DNA from: an uncultured Candidatus Saccharibacteria bacterium | GTDB taxonomy: Bacteria; Patescibacteriota; Minisyncoccia; Phycocordibacterales; SBAW01 | Direction: 5' to 3' | Length of the DNA: 64,000 nucleotides | NCBI GenBank assembly: GCA_964650645.1 | Contig: CAZYUH010000001.1 | Span: 639,202-703,201, forward strand | Shown here: positions 48,934-62,874 of the stretch, one piece after another | Layout: each line of letters starts with the position of its first letter | Position numbering within the stretch: the stretch's first letter is position 1 | The notes under the pieces: model-generated | What the model saw: the letters and a program-made list of their open reading frames with translations, nothing else | Told to the model about the DNA's origin: nothing | Databases searched by the model: none | Program-made: the position numbers and the translations under genes

Positions 48934-50271
48934 CTATCCGAGCAGGCTCTTGCGCGTCTTCTTCCGATTGAACGAAATAGCAAAGCGGTGCGCCTCGGCG
49001 TTGGCAAGGAGTATGTCGCGCTCGCGGTCCTTTATTGCGTCGCGGTCGCCTGCGATGCTGCGCGGTCGGTGCTTCTCGTCCTTCACCACCCCGACGACCG
49101 GAATCTTCACGCCGTAGCGCGCCAGCACGCGCTCGGCGGCGTTCATCTGCGCCTTGTGGCCGTCCACCACGATAAGCTTCGGCATCGGCCACTCGTCGTG
49201 CCCCAGCCGGCGCGACAGCACTTCGCGCAAAGACCCCGGATCATCCCCTCCTTTCGCCTCTTTTATATTGAATTTGCGGTATTCCAACTTGTTTGCCAGG
49301 CCGCCCTCGACGACGGTCATGACGCCAACGTGGCCCGTGCCGGCCAGATGCGCGATATCGTACGCCTCGATGCGGCTCGCCTGCGCCGGATTGCTCCCCC
49401 GGTACTCCTCTTTTATGAGCGACACGTCCTGTATGTGCGTCAATCCGAACAGCTGCTCGCGCAGGCGCGCGGCTTCCTCGAACCGCTCTTCCTTTGCGGC
49501 CGCCTTCATCTGCCGCTCCATCGAGGCGACAAGCTGCTTTTTTTTGCCCTGGAACAGGAGCGCTATGTGGCGCACGATGCGGCGGTACTCGGCCTTCCCC
49601 ATCGCGCCCGAGCACACGCCCGGGCACAAGCCAATGGACGCGTCGAAGCACGGCTTGCACGCCTTCCCGCGCTTTTCCTGCTCCTCGCACGGAGCGCATT
49701 TCGTGCGGTACGGGAAAATCTTGCGGATGAGCTTCATCGCCTGCCCAAGCTGCATCCCGTGCGGGAACGGCCCGAACACATGGCTGTACTCCGGCGCAGG
49801 GAAAGAGCTTTCTGAGGAGCTCCGCAGGCGACCGCCGAGGATTTGGCGATTTTCCCCGGAAAATCGCGCACCCGAAGAAAGCTGCTTTCCCTGCGCCAGC
49901 TCCTTACCCCTGACAACGAGCACGCGAGGATAGTCCTCCTTCGTTATCACGACGTGGTTGAAGCTCTTATCGTCCTTGAGGTCGGTGTTGTAATCGGGCC
50001 GGTGCGTGCGTATGAGCGACGCCTCCAAGAGGAGCGCTTCCAGCACCGAATCGGTCTCGCGGAAGTCGATGCTTTGCGCCTTATCGAGCATCTCGACCAA
50101 CAGCGGCCCGCGGGTATCCATGAGGTCTTTCGCGAAGTAGCTGCGCACGCGGTCGCGCAGGCTCGTGGCCTTGCCGATGTACAGGAGCTTCTTGTTCTTC
50201 CCCAAGAAGAAGTACACGCCCGGCGCATCGGGAAGCTTGGACTTTTTTTTATTGAATTGCTCCAGGTGCAT
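48934..50271 (-). CDS. uvrC: excinuclease ABC subunit C (short form: GIY-YIG, UVR, RNase H-like) with palindromic in-frame insert
   Basis: PDAPGVYFF..LYIGKATSLRDRVRSYF, ALLLEASLI, FEEAARLR, RIEAYDIAH, LIVVDG. Confidence 0.92.
   Translation of the reverse strand: MHLEQFNKKKSKLPDAPGVYFFLGKNKKLLYIGKATSLRDRVRSYFAKDLMDTRGPLLVEMLDKAQSIDFRETDSVLEALLLEASLIRTHRPDYNTDLKDDKSFNHVVITKEDYPRVLVVRGKELAQGKQLSSGARFSGENRQILGGRLRSSSESSFPAPEYSHVFGPFPHGMQLGQAMKLIRKIFPYRTKCAPCEEQEKRGKACKPCFDASIGLCPGVCSGAMGKAEYRRIVRHIALLFQGKKKQLVASMERQMKAAAKEERFEEAARLREQLFGLTHIQDVSLIKEEYRGSNPAQASRIEAYDIAHLAGTGHVGVMTVVEGGLANKLEYRKFNIKEAKGGDDPGSLREVLSRRLGHDEWPMPKLIVVDGHKAQMNAAERVLARYGVKIPVVGVVKDEKHRPRSIAGDRDAIKDRERDILLANAEAHRFAISFNRKKTRKSLLG
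49793..49897. repeat. 105-bp palindromic element inside uvrC
   Basis: 13-bp IR GGCGCAGGGAAAG/CTTTCCCTGCGCC plus 8-bp AGCTTTCT/AGAAAGCT; inner GCGATTTTCC-cc-GGAAAATCGC. Confidence 0.85.
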
Positions 50272-50336
50272 GTTGACAACAGTATACCACGATGTTATAA
50301 AAAGCACAGTACAGTAGTGCGTAAAAGGAGTACGGG

Positions 50337-50666
50337 ATGAAGATTGTCAGTACGTACTTGGAAATTGATTTCAAGGACGAAGTGCTTGAGTCGCTCCCGA
50401 GAACGACGAGAATAGACGGCATCGAGGTGCTGAAAAGGGTGAGGGCGTCGCTCGGCTTGAAGATACGGAAGACGGCCGAGCGTAAAAGCCGGGAACTGCT
50501 CGAAAATAATCCTGACACAATCTCAATCGAGCATGCGGTCGAGTACGTGAACAAGACCGCCCTGACCTACGATAACGTGATAGCGATGCTCATCTTCCTG
50601 CTGCAGCAAGGGAAAGTGGCCGCAGCCTACGCCGGGCCCTTGCCGGTGTTCCAGCGCATCGACTGA
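50337..50666 (+). CDS. hypothetical protein (109 aa)
   Basis: AAGGAG SD; fills the uvrC-uvrA gap; hairpin after the stop. Confidence 0.7.
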   Translation: MKIVSTYLEIDFKDEVLESLPRTTRIDGIEVLKRVRASLGLKIRKTAERKSRELLENNPDTISIEHAVEYVNKTALTYDNVIAMLIFLLQQGKVAAAYAGPLPVFQRID

Positions 50667-50696
50667 ATGCCCCGCCTCGAAAGAGGCGGGTTTTCC

Positions 50697-53333
<2,637 letters not shown>

Positions 53334-53451
53334 GCGGGTAGTGCGATACACAACTCCTATACAGACGCGACAAGACCCACGGATGATCCGGGGGTAAGCC
53401 TATGTGTATGCATGCGTACTATACCACAAAGCGCCCGATTAAGGCAGGCGG

Positions 53452-53668
53452 AAAAATAAAAGGCCCTCGCTGCGACCGTCTCAAAAAGGGACGGGAGCGA
53501 GGGCCTTCGTCGTGCCGCCGCGGATTGGAAACGCGCGGCACGGATTCGAAGACTCGGAATTTCTCAAAAAGAACGGGGCGGACGCCGAGGCCGGGTGGGG
53601 GCCCTTCCTCCACGAATGGGGGCGGCTTCTGCAGAAGCCATGTTCGTTGGAGGATGCCCCGACGTCCA
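53452..53668 (-). ncRNA. candidate structured sRNA between uvrB and uvrA
   Basis: TTGACA(53703-53698)-17-TATTAT promoter; long 5' hairpin; intrinsic terminator at 53452-53507; no credible ORF. Confidence 0.55.
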
Positions 53669-53730
53669 TATATAATAATACACCCTTTAGATACACATGT
53701 CAACTGCACGCTCCCGCCCCGCAAAAACGC

Positions 53731-55836
53731 TTATGCCTTGCGCTTTTTCGCCTTCTCTTTGGAGTCGCGCTGCGCGCGCTTTACCTTTCCCGCGTCCGCG
53801 CCGCGCAGGGCCGAGCGCTTGGGCGGCGCGCCGTTCGTAATAGCATACATCTCGTCGCGCAGTATGGCCGCGGTCTCGAAGTCGAGGTTCTGCACCGCGT
53901 CGGCCATGGCCGCGCGCTTTTCCGCGATGAATTTCTTCGGGTCCTTCTCGTACAGGCTCTTGTCCACGTCCAAGAGCTGCTGGACCGCGCGGCCGTGCTC
54001 GGAGCGCAACTCCTCGGTAATGTCCCTTATCGCCTTCTTGATGGTGGTAGGCGTGATGCCGTGCTCCTTGTTGTAGGCCATCTGTATGGCGCGGCGGCGG
54101 GCGGTCTCGCCCATCGCCTTCTTCAGCGACTCGGTCTCCTGGTCGGCGTACAGGATGACGCGGCCGCCCACGTTGCGCGCGGCGCGGCCGATGGTCTGTA
54201 TGAGCGAGGTTTCGGAGCGCAGGAAGCCCTCCTTGTCGGCGTCGAGTATCGCCACCAGCTCGACCTCGGGCAAATCGAGACCTTCGCGCAGGAGGTTGAC
54301 GCCCACCAGCACGTCGTACTCGCCTTTCCTGAGGTCGGTCAGTATCGTGATGCGGTCGAGCGTCTCGATGTCGGAATGGAGGTACGCCGCCTTGTAGCCG
54401 CGCTCTTTCAGGTATTCGGACAAATCCTCGGCCATCTTCTTGGTGAGCGTCGTTATGAGCACGCGCGCGCCGCGGTCTATGACGGCCGTCGCTTCTTCCA
54501 GCACGTCCTGCACCTGGCCCTTGGCGCCGGCCGTGCCGGTCACGGGACGCACGATAATGTCCGGATCGACAAGGCCGGTGGGGCGGATGATCTGCTCGAC
54601 GATGTTCCTGCCCGACTTTTCCCGCTCGTACGCCCCAGGCGTCGCCGACGTGTAAATGACCTGCCCCACGCGCTCCTCGAACTCCTCGAACTTGAGCGGG
54701 CGGTTGTCTATGGCTGACGGAAGGCGGAAGCCGTAGTCTATGAGGTTGACCTTGCGGGCGCGGTCGCCCTCGTACATGCCGCCAATCTGCGAGACGGTCA
54801 CGTGGCTCTCGTCTATTATGGTGAGGAAGTCCGGCGTGCCGTCCGGCTTGTGCGGGAAGTACGCCAGCAGCGAGTAAGGCGGCTCGCCGGGCTTGCGGCC
54901 GTCGAAGTGGCGCGAGTAGTTCTCGATGCCGTTGCAGTAGCCCATCTCGCGGATGCGCGCCAAATCGTAGTTCGTGCGGCGCTTGAGCCGCTCGGCCTCG
55001 AGCGTCTTGCCGGCGGCCTCGAGCCTGGCCAGCTGCTCCTTCAGCTCGTTCCTTATCTTCTCTATCGCGCGCAGGCGCTCGTCCTCGGGCGTCACGTAGT
55101 GCTTAGCCGGGAACAGGAACAGCGACGCGCCCGAGCTTACCTGCGCGCGCGTCGTTGCGTCTATGACGCGCACATCGCCGATTTTCTCGCCCGCAAAGTC
55201 CACCTTGTATATGACGCGCTCGCCTGTCGGCATTATCTCTACGCTGTTTCCCAGGGCGCGGAACTTGCCCGGCTCCAAATCGGCGGTCGTGCGCTCGAAG
55301 TAGATGTCGATGAGCTCGCGGATGAGCTCGGCGCGGCTCTTTGTGAGCCCCGCGCCGATTTCCAAATGCACCTTGCGGTACTCTTCAGGCGAGCCGAGCG
55401 CGTAAATGCACGACACTGACGCGACGATGATGACGTCCTTGCGCGTAAGCAGGGCCTGGGTCGAGGCGTGGCGCAGGCGGTCAATTTCCTGGTTTATCTG
55501 CGCCTCCTTCTCTATATACGTGTCGGAGGTCGGGATGTAGGCCTCCGGCTGGTAGTAGTCGTAATAGGATACGAAGTAGTGCACCGCCGCGTCGGGAAAT
55601 AAGTCGCGATACTCCTGCGCCAACTGGGCGGCCAGCGTCTTGTTGTGGGCTATAACCAGGGTCGGCTTGCCTATTTGCGCGATAACGTTAGCGCCGGTGA
55701 ACGTCTTGCCCGAGCCGGTAACGCCCAGAAGGGTCTGGTGGCGCTCGCCGGCCTTGATGCCCTTAACGAGCGCTTCTATGGCGCGGGGCTGGTCGCCAGC
55801 CGGGGCGTGGGCAGATTTAATGGTGAAAGTCGCCAT
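53731..55836 (-). CDS. uvrB: excinuclease ABC subunit B
   Basis: [53 protein letters not shown]. Confidence 0.98.
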   Translation of the reverse strand: MATFTIKSAHAPAGDQPRAIEALVKGIKAGERHQTLLGVTGSGKTFTGANVIAQIGKPTLVIAHNKTLAAQLAQEYRDLFPDAAVHYFVSYYDYYQPEAYIPTSDTYIEKEAQINQEIDRLRHASTQALLTRKDVIIVASVSCIYALGSPEEYRKVHLEIGAGLTKSRAELIRELIDIYFERTTADLEPGKFRALGNSVEIMPTGERVIYKVDFAGEKIGDVRVIDATTRAQVSSGASLFLFPAKHYVTPEDERLRAIEKIRNELKEQLARLEAAGKTLEAERLKRRTNYDLARIREMGYCNGIENYSRHFDGRKPGEPPYSLLAYFPHKPDGTPDFLTIIDESHVTVSQIGGMYEGDRARKVNLIDYGFRLPSAIDNRPLKFEEFEERVGQVIYTSATPGAYEREKSGRNIVEQIIRPTGLVDPDIIVRPVTGTAGAKGQVQDVLEEATAVIDRGARVLITTLTKKMAEDLSEYLKERGYKAAYLHSDIETLDRITILTDLRKGEYDVLVGVNLLREGLDLPEVELVAILDADKEGFLRSETSLIQTIGRAARNVGGRVILYADQETESLKKAMGETARRRAIQMAYNKEHGITPTTIKKAIRDITEELRSEHGRAVQQLLDVDKSLYEKDPKKFIAEKRAAMADAVQNLDFETAAILRDEMYAITNGAPPKRSALRGADAGKVKRAQRDSKEKAKKRKA

Positions 55837-55954
55837 GCACGCCTACTATAGCAAACGTAAAAGAAAAAGACCGCCTTTTTTAAGGGCGGCCACGCTCCTC
55901 AATTACCTTGCATGGTTGGGACACCAGTAACATCAGATGCGCCCAGCTAGTATA

Positions 55955-57175
<1,221 letters not shown>

Positions 57176-57237
57176 TCAAGCCCACTATACAAGAAAACGG
57201 CCCGCGCGCGAGGCGCAGGCCGCTTCGCGCCCGGCCG

Positions 57238-57723
57238 TTACTGCTGGGGCGCGGGCGTAATGGAGACGAGTGATATCTCGAAGGTGAGCGTCGAGTTGCC
57301 GGGAATGGGGCCGTAATCGTTGGGGCCGTAGGCCAGCGACGGCGGAATGGTGATGACGCGCGCGCCGCCCGCCTGCATGCCGACAACGCCCTGCTCGAAC
57401 CCCGGGATGATCTGCCCGGCGCCCAGCGTGAACGTAAGGGGCTCCTTGCCTTCCGAGCTGTCGAACACGGTGCCGTCTGCGAGCCTGCCGGTGTAGTTGA
57501 CCGACACCGTGTCGCCCGCCTTCGCGGCCTCGCCGGTGCCCGCCGACTTCTCCTCGATGGAAATCTGCCCGCCGTCCTGCGGCGCCGCCTGGGCGCCCTG
57601 CTTGCCCGCCACGTTCTCGTCTATGGTGGAGGAACTGAACGGCACGCCGAGTATGAAGAATATGCCGACTACCAGCAGGGTTACCGTTACCGCGATGCCC
57701 GTATACAACGTTGATTTAGCCAT
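57238..57723 (-). CDS. FKBP-type peptidyl-prolyl isomerase, membrane anchored
   Basis: VNYTGRLADGTVFDSS, IIPGFEQG, IPPSLAYG, IPGNSTLTFEI. Confidence 0.95.
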   Translation of the reverse strand: MAKSTLYTGIAVTVTLLVVGIFFILGVPFSSSTIDENVAGKQGAQAAPQDGGQISIEEKSAGTGEAAKAGDTVSVNYTGRLADGTVFDSSEGKEPLTFTLGAGQIIPGFEQGVVGMQAGGARVITIPPSLAYGPNDYGPIPGNSTLTFEISLVSITPAPQQ

Positions 57724-57777
57724 ACCCCAAGCGTACTCCCCCGCCAGCGCGCGGGCAAGAACGCCGTGGGGATACCG

Positions 57778-58905
57778 CTACAGGGAAGGTTCGGCGATGG
57801 GCGCCTCCCGGGGAGGGGTCGCGCGCTCGGTGGAGATGCCGCCGGCTATGTCGCCCGGCGAAAAATTCGCCACGCTCGCGCTCTGCGATGCGCCGGGAAG
57901 GAGCGTTGCGTTCGCCGCGATGAACGTCAGCGCAATGAGCGCGACCGCGAGCCCCGGCAGGAGAAGATCGGTCGGCTGTACCTGGATGCGCACGAAGAAC
58001 GTAAGCGCTATGACGAGCGCGAGCAGCGCCGCGACGCCAGCCAGCACCCACGGGGCGCCGGATCCGAGCGCGTCGGCTATGCGCTCCGCGCGCTCGGCGG
58101 TCGAATCTGCGGGGGCGGAATGCGGTTGGAGCCGGGGTTCAGGAGCCGCATCAGGCTGAGCCTGCACGGGCGCGGGCGCGGGCGGCTCTTCCGCTGCCGC
58201 AAGCGTCTGCGTTTCCGCTCCCGCCACCGCTGAAGGGGCAGGCGCCGGAGCCTCGCTTGCCGGCGTTTCAGGCGCCGCGCCGCTTGCGTCAGCCGCTTGC
58301 GCCTCGCTTGGCTCGGGCGATGCCGCGGCAGCCCGAGCCGGCGAGCCGAAGTACTGCACGACGAACGTGGCCGGGCCGCCCTTATACGTGCCTTCCGCGA
58401 TTCCGACGCCGATTTCGCGGTACTGCGGCTTTACAATGTTGGCGCGGTGCGCGGGCGACGCCATCCATGCGTCCACCACGTCCTTCGAGTCTTCGAAGCG
58501 CACGGCGAGATTCTCGCCCGCGTACGCGTACTCGTAGCCCGCGCGCTCCAGCCACTCCCACGGCTCCTCGCCGCCGGGTCCCACGTGGCTGAAATAACCC
58601 TTCGCGGCCATATCCTCGGCTTTCGCCTGGGCCGCCGCATCCAAAGCGTCGTTCTCGACAAGCGCGCCGCCGCCCCCTTCGCTAGCGCGCGCTTCCTCTG
58701 TGTAAAGAATGACGTCGCTCCTAAGCACCGCCGCTAGGAATACGTCGGGACCCGGCGCGAGCGTATGGCCCAGGATGACGCCCTCGCTCGCGAGCGCGAG
58801 CGCCAGGAAGGCCATGAGCCACCCGCGGCGCAGGATATGCGGCCGGTGCGTGTTCCCGCGCCACGGAAAAAGATGGTTTTTAACGGACCTCCACAGCCTC
58901 ATCAC
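57778..58905 (-). CDS. CAP/SCP domain membrane protein
   Basis: AAQAKAEDMAAKGYFSH, AGENLA, WMASPAHRANI, VVQYFG; Pro/Ala linker; C-terminal TMs. Confidence 0.92.
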   Translation of the reverse strand: MMRLWRSVKNHLFPWRGNTHRPHILRRGWLMAFLALALASEGVILGHTLAPGPDVFLAAVLRSDVILYTEEARASEGGGGALVENDALDAAAQAKAEDMAAKGYFSHVGPGGEEPWEWLERAGYEYAYAGENLAVRFEDSKDVVDAWMASPAHRANIVKPQYREIGVGIAEGTYKGGPATFVVQYFGSPARAAAASPEPSEAQAADASGAAPETPASEAPAPAPSAVAGAETQTLAAAEEPPAPAPVQAQPDAAPEPRLQPHSAPADSTAERAERIADALGSGAPWVLAGVAALLALVIALTFFVRIQVQPTDLLLPGLAVALIALTFIAANATLLPGASQSASVANFSPGDIAGGISTERATPPREAPIAEPSL

Positions 58906-59030
58906 CTCCTATCATATACGACAAAAGCCCGGGAAGGGCTTTTTGCGAACGCAGAGGAGTGAATTGCGCATCAAAAAGGCGCGTATCGATATTTCCAGTG
59001 CCGCCGCTTCGCGCCACAAGAGAAAGAACT

Positions 59031-59059
59031 TGACATTTTTTATAAAATTGCCGTATATT
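59031..59059 (+). promoter_or_regulatory. consensus sigma70 promoter
   Basis: TTGACA-17 nt-TATATT. Confidence 0.7.
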
Positions 59060-59065
59060 CCATAC

Positions 59066-59376
59066 TTGGTATGCAGTTTTTCGTTCCTGCCTCATCCTAT
59101 ACAGACTGCCAACCCGCGAGGTAAAGCTAATGGAAGAACCCACTCTGCCCAGGGGGGCCGGAAGAGTATCCCCTTCGAGCGAGCTTGCGTGGCCGAAAAA
59201 GCGATCTCTCGACGACAGGCTGTTCTCCAGAACAGAGCACCTGCGCCAGAAGCCCCCTTCAGGGCGCGATCCGCAGGAAGTGCGGCATTCCTCAGGAGTA
59301 GACGCAACACGCGCGGATTCCTGACAAGGAGCCGTGCGCGAAGACGGCGGCGCCAGGTATGGTGCCGCCTTTTCTT
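59066..59376 (+). ncRNA. candidate ~310-nt structured RNA (or micro-ORF transcript)
   Basis: Bounded by the consensus promoter and terminator GGCGGCGCCA-ggta-TGGTGCCGCC-TTTTCTT (59346-59376); several internal hairpins; only weak 17-aa and 64-aa ORFs. Confidence 0.45.
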
Positions 59377-59411
59377 ATGCGTTCTTCGCTCGCAGCGCGC
59401 GGAAAGCTTCT

Positions 59412-59942
59412 TTAGGAAAACCAGGAAAAGAAGCCGGCAACAAGACTGCGCAGGGAATTCAATATAAGCGCCGCTATTCCCGTCCCCTCCTGGCCTGGCG
59501 CAGGCTCGCTTGGGGCTGGCGGCTCCGCGAACTCCGCCTGCGCGCTCGCGCTCGCTTTGTCATTATCCCCGTCACGGACCGCGTCGGCCTCGGCGGGAAT
59601 GACCTTTTTTACGACAGGCGCGGCGCCCTGCTTCGTTTCAATAACCGTTTCCTTCGGCGTGGACTGCACCGACACGCTCACGTCGCCTGAAGCCGAATCG
59701 TAAGACTCCTCGTGCACGGCGCCGTTCGCGTTGGTCTTTATGTAGACGCTTGAAGTCGAGGTGCCGTGCGCGTTGGTTGTCGAGACCGAAGCGGACGCGC
59801 CGCCCGTCCTTACGACGCCGCCCGGACCGGCCGTATTGCCGCCCGTGTTGGAGCTGGCGCTGGTATGGCTGTATATTTCGGCGCGTGCCATGGCGGGAAT
59901 AAAGGCTACAAGCGCGAGACTGATAAGGAGTGCGTACGGCAT
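59412..59942 (-). CDS. secreted Ser/Thr-rich protein with one TGxN/TG repeat
   Basis: Signal peptide (ARA); SSNTGGNTAGPGGVVRTGGASASV; amphipathic C-terminus. Confidence 0.8.
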   Translation of the reverse strand: MPYALLISLALVAFIPAMARAEIYSHTSASSNTGGNTAGPGGVVRTGGASASVSTTNAHGTSTSSVYIKTNANGAVHEESYDSASGDVSVSVQSTPKETVIETKQGAAPVVKKVIPAEADAVRDGDNDKASASAQAEFAEPPAPSEPAPGQEGTGIAALILNSLRSLVAGFFSWFS

Positions 59943-59975
59943 ACGGCTACTGTAGCACGCGGCATCTGTAGATTC

Positions 59976-62798
59976 TTAGAGCGTGGGTGCCACGGGCTCG
60001 GTGCAGGCAAGGTCGCGGATCTTGCGTATGGTCATGCCGGCAACCGTGCCCGTGGGGCGCGTCAGGCCCAGCGGCGCCAGGATGTCGGCGGCATACCTGC
60101 TTTGGAACGCGCTCACGGCTGCGAAGGTCTGCGGCCCGAAGAAGTTCGTGCCCGGAAGCGACGCGCCCTGGGTGTTGAGGAACCGCTGGAGCTTGGCGAC
60201 CTCGGGGCTCACCATGCCGCGGTAGAGGTTCTGCGTGACCGCGAGCGAGCAGTCGGTCGCGGCGCCCAGCACCGCGCCGCCCGTTCCTATATTGACCGTA
60301 CCCATCCCGAAGGCGGGCAGCATGGGCTCGCCGCTGCCCTGCCTGAACTTTGCGCCCGTAACAGTCGCGAAGTTGCGGTACGTTCCCGCCGTGCTTGAGG
60401 CTGCGAACTCGACCGAGTACGTGAGCGTTATCTGGTCGCCGGAAGCGAGGTCCTGGAGGTCCCACGAGCGGTGGTACATGATACCGCCCTCGGGAGTGAA
60501 GAGCGTATCGGCGAGCGTAGCGCCGTACAAGGGCCCTGCGTCCTTTGCGTTGGTCACGACCACTTTGTAGTCGACCACCTTGGGCGTCGTCGTGCTGATG
60601 CGCACCACCGTCTTCTCGACCGTGACGCGCGGCTCGTCGTTGGAGCTTGCGGGCACCGGCGGCGTGTTGTCGGGCTTGGCGACCGTCTTGGGGCGGGAAT
60701 CGCCGCCGCCTCCGCCGCCTCCCCCGCCGCCGCGACTGCCGCCGGACGAGGGCGGATTGACGACGTCGAGCAGGGCGACCGTGAACGACGCCTGGGCGCT
60801 GGAGGTATCGCCGTCGCTGAGCGCCGACACCGAGATGGGCACGGGCACGGACGTGCCCTGCGGGATGGAGCCCACGCGCGCCGTGTAGGTGAAGGTGCGC
60901 GACTCGCCGCGGCCCACGGTCGGAATATGCCACTCGCGGCCCTCGTCCGTGCGCACGCCGTCGGTATCGGTAAAGCTCAGCTGGTTATGGTCGAAGCCGG
61001 CCTTGAGCGTGATGTCGTCGGCGTCGCGGTCGCCGTTGTTAGTGATGGTGAAATCGTACGCGACGTCCGTGCCTGGGGTGACCGTGGCCGCCGTCGTCCT
61101 CGCCTCGAGCTCGAGGTCGGACCGGCCGAACGTGATGTCGCCGTTCCATTCGCCCAGCACGTTGAAGAGCGCGAATATCCAGTTGCGGCCGACGATGTTG
61201 GTGTTGATGAGATTGATGACGTTCGCGACGGCGTACGCGTCGCCTGTTATGACGTGCGCGACGCCATCCTCGGTGTAGGCATTGTTGTGTCCCGTATTCG
61301 CGGTGACGTCCACGTTGTTCTCTACCGCAGCCGCATTGGTCGAGGATGCGACGAAGGTCGATGAATTGAAGCAGTTGTTGACCGGCTCATCCTCGGGGTG
61401 GTCCGAACGGGGCTCCTTGCAGTTGGCACCTGCCGCGCCCTCGGGGTTCTGCGCGCCGCTCTGGTCGCCTACCGGCACATTATCCTCATCCACCTCCTCG
61501 TTAGTAACGAGCACCAGGGTCGAGGTCGAGGTGATGCCGTCGCGGGTGGCGGCATCGTACACGCGCTTAACATGCAGCGCGCCGGGCAAGCTCTTGACGT
61601 CGCCCCTCCACTCGCCCGCAACGCGGAACATGAAGAGCGCCGACGTGCCGCCCACGTAGTTGTTGTTGGCGTTGGTGTAGGTGGTGGCCTTGCTGTAGGC
61701 GTCGCCGGTCGAGACGATGCCGCTTCCCTCGCCCGTAGTCGAAGCGGTGTTAGAGCCGGTATCCGCGCCCGCGGTCGTGGTGCCGGTCAGCGCGAGCTGA
61801 TTCTCGTTGTAGACGCTGTAGGAGCTTGAATTCATCTCCGGCGCCGAGCCCTCGTGCGCGAAGAGCCGCCTGAAGAAGTCGTCGCCCGGCAGGGTGATGT
61901 CGCCGTTGAGGTCGCCGAAGCTGTTGAACGCCGCCAGGAGATAGCTTGAGTTGACTATATTGGTGTTGACCAGGTTGACCACGTTGGCGGCCGCGTACGC
62001 GTCGCCCGACGTTACGGACGCGTCGCCGGTATCGGTCGTGGAGGCCGTGTTGCCGCCCGCGTCGGCGCGGACGATGACGCTGTTGGTGACCGTCGCGGTG
62101 TTGCCGCTGAGCACGTTGATGTTGCTGGAGGTCGGGCAGGTCAGGAGCGTGCACTGCGCCTCGCCCGTCTCCTCGTTGACCGTCGGGGAATTGCCCGCCT
62201 GGCCCTCGAAGAAGTAGCCGAGGTCGTAATCGCGCAGGTCGAGCCCGGCCGGGAACAGCTGGTTGAGGAACAGCAGGAGGCCCTGCGAGTTGAATATGTT
62301 GGTGTTGATGAGGTTGAGCACGTTAGCGAACGCGAAGGCGCCGCCGGTCACGATAGTAGCCGTGCCCTGCCCGCCATCGGCGACGTTGGCGCCGGTAGAG
62401 GCGGTCGATGTGGAGAAATTGTTCACGAGCGCCTCGTTGGTCGAGGTTGCGGTGAATCCGGATGAGTTGAGGCAGCCGCCGTTCTCTGCCACCTGCTCGG
62501 CCGAGCAGGCGCTGTCGACATTGCTCGCGTCGTTCTTGTTGACGGAGTTCTCCACGGACGTGGAGGCGCTGGCGGCGCCCGTATCTATCGTGCCGCCCAC
62601 GTCGTGCTGGCCGCCCGTGCCGTCGCTCGAGGTGGTCGCGACGACCTGGCCCGCGTTGGCGCCAGGCGCGCCGTCGGTCGAGGTGGCGTTCTCGTTATCG
62701 GCGCGCACGGGCGCGGCGAGCGCAAGCGTCGCGGCGACAAGCAGGAGCGCCGCGAAAGAGCTGACAAGTACGGATCGCCTGAATGGTAGGTACGTCAT
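59976..62798 (-). CDS. large secreted repeat protein with DUF11-like Ig domains and C-terminal peptidoglycan-binding domain
   Basis: Signal peptide; 4-5 TGxN...TGDA.A..NxxNxN repeats; YDFTITNNG DUF11-like; NLYRGMVSPEVAKLQRFLN..FFGPQTFAAVSAFQ PG-binding-1-like. Confidence 0.88.
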   Translation of the reverse strand: MTYLPFRRSVLVSSFAALLLVAATLALAAPVRADNENATSTDGAPGANAGQVVATTSSDGTGGQHDVGGTIDTGAASASTSVENSVNKNDASNVDSACSAEQVAENGGCLNSSGFTATSTNEALVNNFSTSTASTGANVADGGQGTATIVTGGAFAFANVLNLINTNIFNSQGLLLFLNQLFPAGLDLRDYDLGYFFEGQAGNSPTVNEETGEAQCTLLTCPTSSNINVLSGNTATVTNSVIVRADAGGNTASTTDTGDASVTSGDAYAAANVVNLVNTNIVNSSYLLAAFNSFGDLNGDITLPGDDFFRRLFAHEGSAPEMNSSSYSVYNENQLALTGTTTAGADTGSNTASTTGEGSGIVSTGDAYSKATTYTNANNNYVGGTSALFMFRVAGEWRGDVKSLPGALHVKRVYDAATRDGITSTSTLVLVTNEEVDEDNVPVGDQSGAQNPEGAAGANCKEPRSDHPEDEPVNNCFNSSTFVASSTNAAAVENNVDVTANTGHNNAYTEDGVAHVITGDAYAVANVINLINTNIVGRNWIFALFNVLGEWNGDITFGRSDLELEARTTAATVTPGTDVAYDFTITNNGDRDADDITLKAGFDHNQLSFTDTDGVRTDEGREWHIPTVGRGESRTFTYTARVGSIPQGTSVPVPISVSALSDGDTSSAQASFTVALLDVVNPPSSGGSRGGGGGGGGGGDSRPKTVAKPDNTPPVPASSNDEPRVTVEKTVVRISTTTPKVVDYKVVVTNAKDAGPLYGATLADTLFTPEGGIMYHRSWDLQDLASGDQITLTYSVEFAASSTAGTYRNFATVTGAKFRQGSGEPMLPAFGMGTVNIGTGGAVLGAATDCSLAVTQNLYRGMVSPEVAKLQRFLNTQGASLPGTNFFGPQTFAAVSAFQSRYAADILAPLGLTRPTGTVAGMTIRKIRDLACTEPVAPTL

Positions 62799-62874
62799 GT
62801 AGGAATTAAAGTAAGCTGTCAACCCTCTCTGGGACCTTCTTTGCGGCTCAGTTGTACCGCAAAGCAGGCCTCAT

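Noticed and set aside
53334-53450. LexA/SOS boxes upstream of the uvr genes
   Set aside because: No convincing shared palindrome upstream of uvrA, uvrB and uvrC.
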